The notes under the pieces are model-generated. The model had not been told where the DNA came from. It was given only the letters and a program-made list of their open reading frames with translations, and ran no database searches. A program made the translations under genes and the position numbers. Positions 23,401 to 33,990 of a stretch of DNA of 64,000 nt are shown here, in pieces (positions within the stretch are counted from its first letter, which is position 1; every line of letters starts with the position of its first letter). The stretch comes from Macrostomum lignano (taxonomy: Eukaryota). Location: assembly GCA_002269645.1 (NCBI GenBank), contig NIVC01000227.1, positions 434,001 through 498,000 of the forward strand, read 5' to 3'.

Positions 23401-24892
23401 GACTGTCGGTATGATCAAAGCGAAATCGGAGGTGACGGTGACGGTTGCGACGTTGCAGGAGGCGACGGCGGCAGCGCCTGCAAAGTCCGAGCCGATCCCG
23501 AGCTGTACCTGGAGGGCACCGGTCATCATAAATCAGCTGCAAGGAGTGCAGATTCATCAACTGATTAGCAGCATTTATCGCAGCTTTTGAGCTGTGTCGC
23601 ACAACCAGACAGGTCAGGGAAAGCTCTTGATAGATATTTCCGCAGTGGTTGAGCAGCCGCGGTCGCAGATGCACCAATAGGCGGTCTCCGATTCTGCGAA
23701 TTGTTGATGGAAATACAAGACGTCCCCCTCTGTAGCTGGCACCCCCTTCTGTAGCTGGCACCCCCTCTGTAGCTGGCACCCCCCCTCTGTAGCTGGCACC
23801 CCCCTCTGTAGCTGGCGCCCCCCTCTGTAGCTGGCACCCCCCTCTGTAGCTGGCGCCCCCCTCTGTAGCTGGCACCCCTTCTGTAGCTGGCACCCCCCTC
23901 TGTAGCTGGCACCCCCTCTGTAGCTGGCGCCCCCCTCTGTAGCTGGCACCCCCTTCTGTAGCTGGCACCCCCCTCTGTAGCTGGCACCCCCCTCTGTAGC
24001 TGGCGCCCCCCTCTGTAGCTGGCACCCCCTTCTGTAGCTGGCACCCCCCTCTGTAGCTGGCACCCCCCTCTGTAGCTGGCACCCCCCTCTGTAGCTGGCA
24101 CCCCTCTCTGTAGCTGGCACCCCCTGCTGGCACCCCCCTCTGTAGCTGGCACCCCCCTGCTGGCACCCCTCTCTGTAGCTGGCACCCCCTCTGTAGCTGG
24201 CACCCCCTTCTGTAGCTGGCACCCCCCTCTGTAGCTGGCACCCCCCTCTGTAGCTGGCACCCCCCTGCTGGCACCCCTCTCTGTAGCTGGCACCCCCTCT
24301 GTAGCTGGCGCCCCCTCGGTAGCTGTAGAATAACCTGTAATAACTAATCGCCTCACGTGTAATAACTAATTGCCTCACCTGTAATAACTAATTGCCTCAC
24401 CTGTAATAACTAATTGCCTCACCTGTAATAACTAATTGCCTCACCTGTAATAACTAATTGCCTCACCTGTAATAACTAATCGCCTCACCTGTAATAACTA
24501 ATTGCCTCACCTGTAATAACTAATTGCCTCACCTGTAATAACTAATTGCTTCACCTGTAACAACTAATTGCCTCACCTGTAATAACTAATTGCTTCACCT
24601 GTAAAAACTAATCGCCTCACCTGTAGTAAGCGGCACAGCCGTTAAACAATCGGCCAGCCCAGTATTTCAGCCTCTTTCTTCGCCTGCGACCGCCATCAAA
24701 CCAGACCACATTGTCTGTCGAGTTTCCGCAAGCCGGCAGAGCCAGCCACGAGTCTGTCTGAAGGCCCGGCCAGTGCCAGTGGCGCACCGTGGTGACACTT
24801 CGGCTTGGCAATGACCGGCAATCGTGAATGATTGTAAATAGAAACAGAAATGAGTAGATTAGCAATCCTGAATTATAACAATAAATACGCAT
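20463..24892 (-). CDS. Predicted 4-exon orphan gene, ~446 aa, signal peptide plus single TM helix (type I membrane protein-like)
   Basis: Exons 24892-24621, 23693-23048, 21456-21166 and 20594-20463 join in frame (1341 nt; phases 2, 0, 0) with GT-AG sites. Hydrophobic N-terminus, RRRRKR basic site, (RFDHSDS)x~8, TM ISLVVTSFTLIAYLSMPIYVGYVFI, and AATAAA at 20451-20446 just after the stop. The last two exons are better supported than the first two. Confidence 0.55.
20667..20769 (+). repeat. Dispersed ~105-bp repeat (SINE-like fragment), copy 1
   Basis: Homologous to 61319-61434 (shared CAAGGGCGTTAATT and AATCGAGCCTGGGCCGCTGG). Confidence 0.65.
20838..20990. repeat. Degenerate (CCTA)n microsatellite
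   Basis: Run of TACC/CTAC units. Confidence 0.8.
21497..23017. repeat. Minisatellite, 28-bp unit (CTGAGGATCTGGGAGGCTGGCCCAGCAA), ~54 copies
   Basis: Tandem array filling intron 2 of the predicted orphan gene. Confidence 0.97.
23265..23425 (-). repeat. 21-bp tandem repeat, in frame within the predicted exon (RFDHSDS x ~8)
   Basis: Unit GATCAAAGCGACTGTCGGAAT; length is a multiple of 3. Confidence 0.9.
23722..24325. repeat. Minisatellite, 19-20-bp unit (CTGTAGCTGGCACCCCCCT)
   Basis: About 30 tandem copies; G5-G7 runs on the minus strand. Confidence 0.95.
24332..24624 (-). repeat. 22-bp minisatellite whose unit contains a 5' splice site (ACAG|GTGAGG)
   Basis: Minus-strand unit ACAGGTGAGGCAATTAGTTATT, ~13 copies; the first copy is the predicted exon-1 donor of the orphan gene. 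Confidence 0.9.
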
Positions 24893-25107
24893 TAATGAAA
24901 TTTTCAACTTCTTTGCGTCGTCAGAGTATATCTCCAAAAAACATCAACGACTTGTTTATCAGTATTTAATTTTACCGGCCGATTTGAAATCAGCAATGTA
25001 AGTGCTTGATTTCGGGCCATAGACAGTGCGGATTTCATGAAAGCAAAGTTTTTTATCTAAAAATATGGTTCTATTTATCTTTTGTTCGAGCGAGCCTATG
25101 AGGTTAA

Positions 25108-25368
25108 CTAGTGTGAATGGATAAGCTATAGTGTGAAAGGATAAGCTAGTGTGAATGGATAAGCTATAGTGTGAATGGATAAGCTACTGCGAATGAACAA
25201 GCTACTGTGAATGAACAAGCTACTGCGAATGAACAAGCTACTGTGAATGAACAAGCTACTGTGAATGAACAAGCTACTGTGAATGAACAAGCTACTGTGA
25301 ATGAATAAGCTATTGTGAATGGATAAGCTACTGTGAATGGATAAGCTACTGTGAATGAACAAGCTGCT
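25108..25368. repeat. Minisatellite, 18-bp unit (GCTACTGTGAATGAACAA)
   Basis: About 14 tandem copies. Confidence 0.92.
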
Positions 25369-27057
25369 GTTGAATCCAAATACACTGTACGCAGGTATAC
25401 ATATCACACAGGGTGCACATGAGTTGCGGTCCTGCCTTTTTCATTGCTCGAACACGACTTGTGCATTCTTGTGAATTAGTACACAAGACCCAGGCAATTT
25501 TGTTCACGTATGGAAACTGGGGTCGCACATTCGCAATGCCATTTTCGCTACTATAAAGCGAATATTTCAAACAAAAACAACACATTTTTCTGTAGTTATG
25601 CTGCCAAATTCAAGTCAGCTAAACGCACCCAGAGGCAATGGACTGAAATGTATCCATAATTCGTATCGAATATTTAAAAGGCTTGAGTGATGCCACATTA
25701 TTTTGGCGCAATTGTGAACAAATACGATTTTTTAATGGAATTGGCTTGTAGCCAAAAACATGACATTCGTACATGAATAGCTTAAAACTTTTCATTATTT
25801 TCAGGGTTTGATTAATGTAAAAGTGCACGAATCCTGTTTTTCCCCCAAGTTAGTTCCGTATATTTCAATAGTTCATTTAAAGTGTCAATCAATAATCTTA
25901 TAGTTATTGGGATTCTTGGGATCACCAAGATTTTCTATCAATTGTCAAATTATAAAGTACATGTAATTTGTAAACATGGAGTCTGTAGGTCAGGTCCGTC
26001 AGGAAAGTCTCAGCCACATAAGAGTGGGGTACTAGTTGCTATTTTATTGACTTTGAATTTTGAACAACCATCCTGCCTGGGTCCAAATTCACACCCCGTT
26101 GAAAGCGATACCGTGACAAGAACAGCTCACTATGTAGTGACTCTAGCAACTTCACAGAGTCACAGACTGTTGAGTCACTGGTTAGAGTCACTGGTCGTCT
26201 AGAGTCAGTTCTTATTCTACCTGCGTTAGCTGCAACGACTCTACACAATCTGCAATGCGTGTAAACAGTGACAGTGTAACCAGAGTTAACCTGTGCGACT
26301 AAGACAGATACATAAGGCCGCTTTCCTCGGTTCCAATAAAACCAGTCCGTCCACGACTGAGCCGAGGCAGGCACCAGCAAGCGTTGCCAAGGTAACAAAC
26401 AAGCCCCCCACCCCTAGCGATAAAAACGGCTTGAACAGAACCGAATTCGCGAGATCGAATGCTTGCATACATTTTGCAATTGACGTGGCAGCCCAGAACT
26501 GGCCCAGATTAGCGGGCCAAATATGGCCAAACGCCAGGGCAATTTTATCTCTTGTTCGCAAATTCGAATAGAGAGATAAAAACCCTGCAATGTGCATTTA
26601 CAGACAGACAACCTTTGGCGCCGTGCAAAGTTTAACGAGCGACTCCAAAGTATAAAAATTCAGATTAAATATAAACAACATTTTAGTATTTGAGCTACAA
26701 GAATGTAAAAATTGTTTGTAAATTTTGTCTATTTCAATTTCTACAAGTCAAACTGACACATTTGGGCATCGGCAGCATAATTTATCTCAATGGGAAAAAT
26801 GAACCTAACAGTGCACTAACGGTCATTAGGAAAACATTGATGGCAGCAACGCATTCGCCTTTTCAGTATGGGCAGCCTTGCAATTTCTGGTTTGTGAATT
26901 GTCTGGTTTGTGAGGCTTCTTGTGTATGAAGTTTCCAGTCTGTGCAGGCTCCCTTGAAATACACCCTAATCAAAGATGGAATTTTGCAAAGCAGATATGT
27001 CGCAGTTAAAAGCATCCTGATGAGCCACAATGTCCTCCTCTTGCACCGCACCAACTC

Positions 27058-30008
27058 TCATTTGCCCGCCGACCCCAGTAAAGTCATGTCCGAAGGCGGC
27101 GGAGGAGGCGGCTTGTCCGGCTTTTCGAGCACGATGACCCGCTTGGGGTACTGCTGCAGCTCCACGACCAGCAGCTTCAGCTGCCAGGACTTGTCCTCAG
27201 CCTGCGGCGGGGTGGGGAATGGACGGGTCTTGGGACCTATTTTGAAACCTGAAATTCAGTTTGAGCCTATCCTGAGCACTGAATCTCACTCTGAATCTAT
27301 CCTGAGCACTGAATCTCACTCTGAATCTATCCTAAACCCTGAATCTCACTATGAATCTATCCTGAACCCTGAATCTCACTATGAATCTATCCTGAACCCT
27401 GAATCTCACTCTGAATCTATCCTGAACCCCGAATCTCACTCTGAATCTATCCTGAACCCCGAATCTCACTCTGAATCTATCCTGAACCCTGAATCTCACT
27501 CTGAATCTATCCTGAACCCCGAATCTCACTATGAATCTATCCTGAACCCTGAATCTACGATTATTTGAACGCCGAATCTCACCCTGAATCTATTCTCCTG
27601 AACCTAAAAACCTCAAACTGAATCACATACTTAATATACCAAAAATCTAATCCAGAACTTAGCCTGAACAATTAACCTGAACCTAGCCTGAACCATTAAC
27701 CTGAACCTAGCCTGAACCATTTACCCTGAACCTAGTATTAACATTAATCCTGAACCTAGCCTGAACCATTAACCCGGAACCTAGTCTGAACTTAGCCTCA
27801 ACAATTAACCCTAAACCTAGCCTGAACCATTAACCTGAACCTAGCCTGAACCATTAACCTGAACCTAGCCTGAACCATTAACCTGAACCTAGCCTCAACC
27901 TAGCCTGACCCATTAACCCTGAACCTAGCCTGAACAATTAACTTTGAAACTAGCCTGAACAATTAAGCCTGAACCTAGTCTGAACAATTAACCCTGAACC
28001 TAGCCTGAACCATTAACCTGAACCTAGCCTGAACCATTAACCTGAACCTAGCCTGAACCATTAAGCCTGAACCTAGCCTGAACCATTAACCTGAACCTAG
28101 CCTGAACCATTAACCTGAACCTAGCCTGACCCATTAACCCTGAACCTAGTCTGAACAATTAACCCTGAATTTAGCCTGAACCATTAACCTGAACCTAGCC
28201 TGAACCATTAACCTGAACCTAGCCTGAACCATTAAGCCTGAACCTAGCCTGAACCATTAACCTGAACCTAGCCTGAACCATTAACCTGAACCTAGCCTGA
28301 ACCATTAACCTGAACCTAGCCTGACCCATTAACCCTGAACCTAGTCTGAACAATTAACCCTGAACCTAGCCTGAACCATTAACCTGAACCTAGCCTGAAC
28401 CATTAACCTGAACCTAGCCTGACCTATTAACCCTGAACCTAGTCTGAACAATTAACCCTGAACCTAGTCTGAACAATTAACCCTGAACCTAGTCTGAACA
28501 ATTAACCCTGAACCTAGTCTGAACAATTAACCCTGAACCTAGTCTGAACAATTAACCCTGAACCTAGCCTGACCCATTAACCCTGAACCTAGTCTGAACA
28601 ATTAACCCTGAACCTAGTCTGAACAATTAACCCTGAACCTAGCCTGAACCTAGCCTGAACCATTAACCTGAACCTAGCCTGACCCATTAACCCTGAACCT
28701 AGTCTGAACAATTAACCCTGAACCTAGCCTGAACCATTAAGCCTGAACCTAGCCTGAAGTATTCTAGTCCCCTAAAATAAAAAACGCACCTTAACTCCCT
28801 GAGCATAGACGTCGGCCCTATTGAACTGTCCAACCAGGTGGAACCTGAGCGACATCACTCGCTGCCCAGTCTCCGAGTCCAGCGACTCCTCAGAGTGGAC
28901 TCGACTGCGCGACCGGCGCGAGCTGCCGTCGCCGTGCGAGCGAATGGGTTCGCCCAGAGCCGCCTGGACCTGCGGATCTTGAAGGCACCTCTCGGTGGCC
29001 AGAGACTGCAGCGCTGTCGGGGACTCGCTGGAGTAGAGCTCGCGCCATAGGGCGTAGAACAGACCGCCTGTGACCAGCACGCCAGCCAGCACCACCAGAG
29101 TGTAGCCGAAGTCTTTGGATCCTTCCACAACTGGCAGTGGATGGGGGGCATGGTGTTAAATTAATGCGTAGCTACCTTGTGTAACACTTACAAGCGTCTA
29201 TGGGTAATCACCAAGTGTCTATGGGTGATGCACCAAGTGTGTCTCTGGGTGATGCACCAAGTGTGTCTATGGGTGATGCACAAGTGTGTCTATTGGTGAT
29301 GCACCAAGTGTGTCTATTGGTGATGCTCTAAGTGTGTCTATGGGTGATGCACAAGTGTGTCTATGGGTGATGCACCAAGTGTGTCTATGGGTGATGCACC
29401 AAGTGTGTCTCTGCAGTCTCTACTAGTGTCTGCATGGTGTCATCGACTAATTTCGCTACACGGATGCTTTCAAGATTGTTTATCAACTGTCAAATTTGAG
29501 TAATCTGTGAACATGGAGTTTGCAGACTTTCGCAACTTCTGTGGGTTAGAGAGGAGGCTCAGCAGTGTTGTGGTGGGGTAGAGATGCTGGTATTTTATTT
29601 GATTCTTGAACTTTTTGGCTGATGACATACTGACATACAAATTAATTAAAATTGATTTCAAATCACGCGTTGTTTAAGCCTGCCTTTTTCTACTGCTAAA
29701 TTTGCAGACAGTACTGCATACCTTAACTAATCAATATGAACTACACAGTACAAGCCACCCAGTCATAGAGATAAGAATTATCACAAAACAGAGCTTCTGG
29801 CAAGGGTCTCCACAGAAAGAGGGCCTTCAAATCGAACAAAAAATCGATAATAAGCACTGGCTGGCGGGGTAGAAACCATATAGAAACAATATTCCAGAAT
29901 GTGACAATACCTTTCTGAGCTGGAGTCAGGTTAGCATAGCTCTGACTGGGCGGTCGCTCACCAAATATCACACTCTTGCTCAGCTGCTGAGCGTGATCAG
30001 TTTGTTTC

Positions 30009-30049
<41 letters not shown>

Positions 30050-30279
30050 TTGATCAGTAGACTGATAGCGGCGAAGGCACACAGAGTTTATTGCTCTGGC
30101 ATTTGAAGCCCCAGGGTTGCTATGACAACGTTTGAAAAGCGCCGCCCTCGCAGCCACCACCAAACCGTGCCCAGAGACGGGGCCTCGGAGCAAGACAAGA
30201 GACTGGAAAAAATTAATCGGAAAAGCAGCTCAGAGAAAGATCAGTACAGAGATAGCCAAGTGCATGCGATTGATACCAT
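27058..30279 (-). CDS. TIMM21: Mitochondrial import inner membrane translocase subunit Tim21, 259 aa
   Basis: join(30279-30277, 30202-29911, 29130-28790, 27201-27058) = 780 nt in frame. Arg-rich presequence, KDFGYTLVVLAGVLVTGGLFYALWRELYSSESP TM region, ALGEPIRSHG, C-terminal LVVELQQYPKRVIVLE, all matching recalled Tim21 motifs. The ATG-only first exon is tentative. Confidence 0.88.
27265..27560. repeat. Minisatellite, 30-bp unit (GAATCTCACTCTGAATCTATCCTGAACCCT), TIMM21 intron
   Basis: About 10 copies. Confidence 0.93.
27655..28758. repeat. Minisatellite, ~24-25-bp unit (CCTGAACCTAGCCTGAACCATTAA), TIMM21 intron
   Basis: About 45 copies. Confidence 0.95.
29200..29410. repeat. Minisatellite, ~24-bp unit (GTGTGTCTATGGGTGATGCACCAA), TIMM21 intron
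   Basis: About 9 copies. Confidence 0.92.
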
Positions 30280-30545
30280 GCCAGATAGCGAGTGCCCCCC
30301 CGCAAAAAACAGCATAGCACAAATCATGTAGCAAGAAACAGACAGTGAGTGCAGTGCGCAGTGAGGCGCCTGATCTGAGCTCTTTATCAGCCAAGTCAGT
30401 GGGCGGGGCTCGGTATTGGCTGGCAGATTTTCTGGGCCTATAAATTAGCCTCAGCAATAGGTGAGCCGAGGCCTCTCTTTGCCAACCAAACACAGTACCG
30501 CTTTTTGCAACACAAAACAGACGCTAAACACACAACTCAGCCAGC
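30280..30545. promoter_or_regulatory. Putative bidirectional promoter between TIMM21 (-) and the DM9 gene (+)
   Basis: 266 bp between divergent start codons; GC box GGGCGGGG near 30400, ATTGG (reverse CCAAT) near 30415, TATAAAT at 30439-30445. Confidence 0.6.
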
Positions 30546-31115
30546 ATGAGCACCTTCAAGAGCAGCGGTGGCAAGGGTGTGGATCTCTGCCTGTCCTGGG
30601 TCAACGCCGCCAACGGCGAGATCCCGGCTGGTGCCGTGAGCATCGGTGGCGACGTGTTCGTTGCCAGGTGCTTCAGCGATGGCGAGCTGCTGCCAGGCAA
30701 GGTGGCCGCCGGTCACAACAGCTGCTACGCTCCCTATGATGGCGAGGAGAAATGCTGCGACACCTACCAGGTGAGTTGCCATGGATCCTCAGTGATCCAG
30801 CAGTGCGCATATTCACCTCAGGCTAAATTATTGACGCTCTGACAGGTGCTCTGCGAGACCTGCAATCACGGCCTGACTGGCGGCCCAGGCTTCGAGTGGG
30901 TGGCCTGGAGCGGCAACACGGCCCCCAAGCACGCCCTGATCAGCGGCAGCGACCAGGGCCGGCCGCTGTACGTGGCCAAGGCCAACATTGACGGGGAGTG
31001 GTGCGCTGGCAAGTACATCCCGGACTATGGCAAGGCCTATTTCTCCTGCGGCGGCGCTGAGCACGAGAAGGAGGACGACTTTGAGGTGCTGGTGATGTGC
31101 ACCCGCTCCGGCTGA
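30546..31115 (+). CDS. DM9-repeat (DUF3421) protein, 164 aa, two DM9 repeats
   Basis: join(30546-30770, 30846-31115), phase-0 intron. Repeat motifs W..AANGEIPAGAV...FVAR...LLPGKV and WVAWSGNTAPKHAL..G.DQGRPLYVAKA...AGK...FEVLV; AATAAA near 31163. Confidence 0.88.
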
Positions 31116-31707
31116 GCACAATTGACTCAACAACAAACAGTCAAACTTCTCAAACTAGTTTAAATAAAATCACTAGGATCCAGGCTGTACACGTAGCAAG
31201 ACTCAGCAATGAGAATAAGAACAGAAGAGGCGATGTGATTATTCAACATATTGCATATTTATTAGGATACTATATTACACAATAAATATATACAATAGCA
31301 TAACCAAGCTACAAATACTTAGTGCCTTTATTCAAACACGATGCTTTTTATCATTTGTCTTTGCTACAAATTATAAGCAATGATAAAACTATAACAAAAC
31401 TCAATACAAGCCAAGTATCTGCCTAATAAAACAATTGTAAACCATTTGGACATAAAACAAAAGATAAAAACAAAAACATTATAAATACACTCGTAGGTTA
31501 AAAATATATAAATATATACATATATATATATATCAACAATCACTACTTCTGTGATAAAAAATACTACTTTCAATAGTAATTAGAGTGCCTTTTGCAATTC
31601 CAACCCTTGAAGTTGGTATTTTTGTTCAATATGGCTAGTAAGACAAATTAAAATCAAAAGTTTTTTTATTACACAAAATCTAAAAAACTACTAACAAAAG
31701 CATACAT

Positions 31708-31860
31708 GTGCAACCTATTGATTCACCCGGCCGTTTCTATTGGCAACACACATGTAAGTCGCTATTGGCTGAGAGCAGTCACGTGACTACTATTCTGTCC
31801 AATAGCGACTTACATGTGTGTGTTGCCAATAGAAACAGCTGGGTGAATCCCTAGGTTGCG
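31708..31860. mobile_element. ~150-bp palindromic MITE-like hairpin
   Basis: ~60-bp arms (GATTCACCC..TTTCTATTGGCAACACACATGTAAGTCGCTATTGG and its reverse complement) around a central AGTCACGTGACT. Confidence 0.8.
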
Positions 31861-33310
31861 CCCAAGCATGAACAAAAGTATGTTACTGTTTTTACATTCT
31901 ATACTGCTGGCTTCATGGAACTGCTTTTTGACAATACTTGATTCAATATACAAGCTTATAAGAGCTTTTGAGTTACCATAAGCATCAGTATTTAGTAACA
32001 AAAGGCTAAGATCTTTAGAATAAAACAAATAAAATATTTTTATATTTTGAATTATCTATAAAACAAGAGGGATACAAGTTGACTAATAGGACACTTTTAC
32101 AATAGTAATGGAAATATGCTTGTAGCACAATGAATTTAACTATGAATAATGAATGAATGAATAATATCAACAAGGAGCTTTGTGATTTTATATCTTAATT
32201 TTTTCTTAATTGATTACAAATACAGAAATCTTAAAGAAGCTTATGAGATTTAGGCCCAAGAATAAAGGCTAGACAAGTAGGAGTTTTTGTCAAGTTGAGT
32301 AGTGAGTTGAGTTTTGTTGCCTTAAGTTAAGTATTTTTTAGTTGTTTTAGTGAATACTTTAACAAATATTTCTTACCAAAAACCAAGATTTTCTGCTTTT
32401 AACAATGAAAAAATATAGTTTTTTGTCTCTTTATTGCTACCACCCTGTGTTACAACAGTGCAATGTTATTACTTCAGAAATTGATAATACTACTTGTTAC
32501 TACTTGCTATGTAGTAGTAGTATAGCTTGTGGCTGACTCTTATTTTAACATGATCAAATCTTGTTACAACCATTATGATACCTTTTGTCCTAAAAACTTA
32601 ACTAAAACTTAACTTGACTCTACTTTTTTCCTAAACTCAGCAAAGTTGTTTTCATAAAAAGCTTGGGTAGCCTGACTTGAAAGCTGAATATTTGTTTAGC
32701 TATTCCAGAAAATACAAGAAAAATCATTTTAGCTAGTATTATGCATCTAAGTAATTGAAATCTTTTTAATACATATAATAAAAATAATAACTACACTAAT
32801 AAAAATATAAAGTCTAGTTCAATTTAATAATAACTATTGATTTAATAGTCATTTTTTATTTAAAATATTCAATAGTTTGGCATACTTATAAGCATTAGTA
32901 ATCAAAAACTTATGTTAAGAATTATTCTACCTAAACCTAAAAAGGGTTCTATGTCTCTATTTAAGTTTAGGTTAATAAAATCAATGCCCATAAAGAATCT
33001 TCCCATTTTAAACTCTTCTAAAATGGATAAAATGGATGCATACATTAGCCCTTCATAGTTCATTGGCATACATATTTGGCATGCTTGAATCATAAAAAAT
33101 TATATTTGGCATACAAAAACTGGCATGCAAAACAATATGAAAACTGTTACAAGAATGTTCCAGATTTTGTAACAAAAGGTTGTATAGTTTCTAAGGAATA
33201 TATTGTTTAAAAAGTGAAAAAAGAACCAACATAGAATATGTGGAAGTGTAGCTTGTCTAACAAATAGTAGGAAAATAAACGTCAACACAAACATAAAATA
33301 AAACATTTCT

Positions 33311-33358
33311 TTTTAGCCAACGTGTTTTGTCAAACACAAGATGTCGTCAGGGCAAATT
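33311..33358 (-). ncRNA. Degenerate minimal hammerhead ribozyme in the inverted pLTR (left copy)
   Basis: Minus strand TTTGCC-CTGACGA-CATC-ttgtgttt-GAC-AAAAC-ACGTT-GGCTAAA; CTGACGA intact, GAAA mutated. Confidence 0.55.
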
Positions 33359-33942
33359 CAATTAACTTTAATTCACAACACCAATATATTTAAGCAAAAC
33401 AAACTGTACAGTCCAAAGGTGGGTCAAAACAGTCCGGTAGAATTTCAAAAGTGCCAAGTACATAACAAAGGGAGAGAGAGAGAAAATAGGCATGGCTCTG
33501 CTCACAGCACTCTCAGCTCACGCTCCATCCCATTGTTTCCTACATTGGAAAAACGAAGCGACACCTGCACACTAGAGCTAGGGAACATTGGCTAAAAAGC
33601 TCTACGATTAATGACCATCTGCTGGTTTGTAAAAAATGTTGTGACAATGAACTGATTCAGCTTTTTAAAGTGCTGGATGGGTGCAAATTTGACCATAAGC
33701 TTAAGATTATTGAAGCTTCTTATATCAGAATGCACAAACCCAACTTGAATGTGCAGCTTGCTGGCAATGGGGTGGAGCGTGAGCTAAGAGTACTGTGAGC
33801 AAAGCCATGCCTATTTTCTCTCTCTCTCCCTTTGTTATGTACTTGGCACTTTTGAAATTCTACTGGACTGTTTTGACCCACCTTTGGACTGTACAGTTTG
33901 TTTTGCTTAAATATATTGGTGTTGTGAATTAAGGTTAATTGA

Positions 33943-33990
33943 ATTTGCCCTGACAACGTCTTGTGTTTGACGAAACGCATTGGCTAAAAA
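33943..33990 (+). ncRNA. Degenerate minimal hammerhead ribozyme in the PLE pLTR (right copy)
   Basis: TTTGCC-CTGACAA-C-GTC-ttgtgttt-GAC-GAAAC-GCATT-GGCTAAA; core changes G8>A and in stem III. Confidence 0.6.

Noticed and set aside
21121-24378. Long repetitive ORFs ([57 protein letters not shown], etc.)
   Set aside because: Translations of stop-free minisatellites, open in several frames at once; only the non-repeat parts that fit the spliced model were retained.
25970-26625. Possible LTR with clustered GAGTCA motifs, AATAAA and a PBS-like TGGCGCCG at ~26616
   Set aside because: No defined TG...CA boundaries, TSD, second copy or internal coding sequence could be established.
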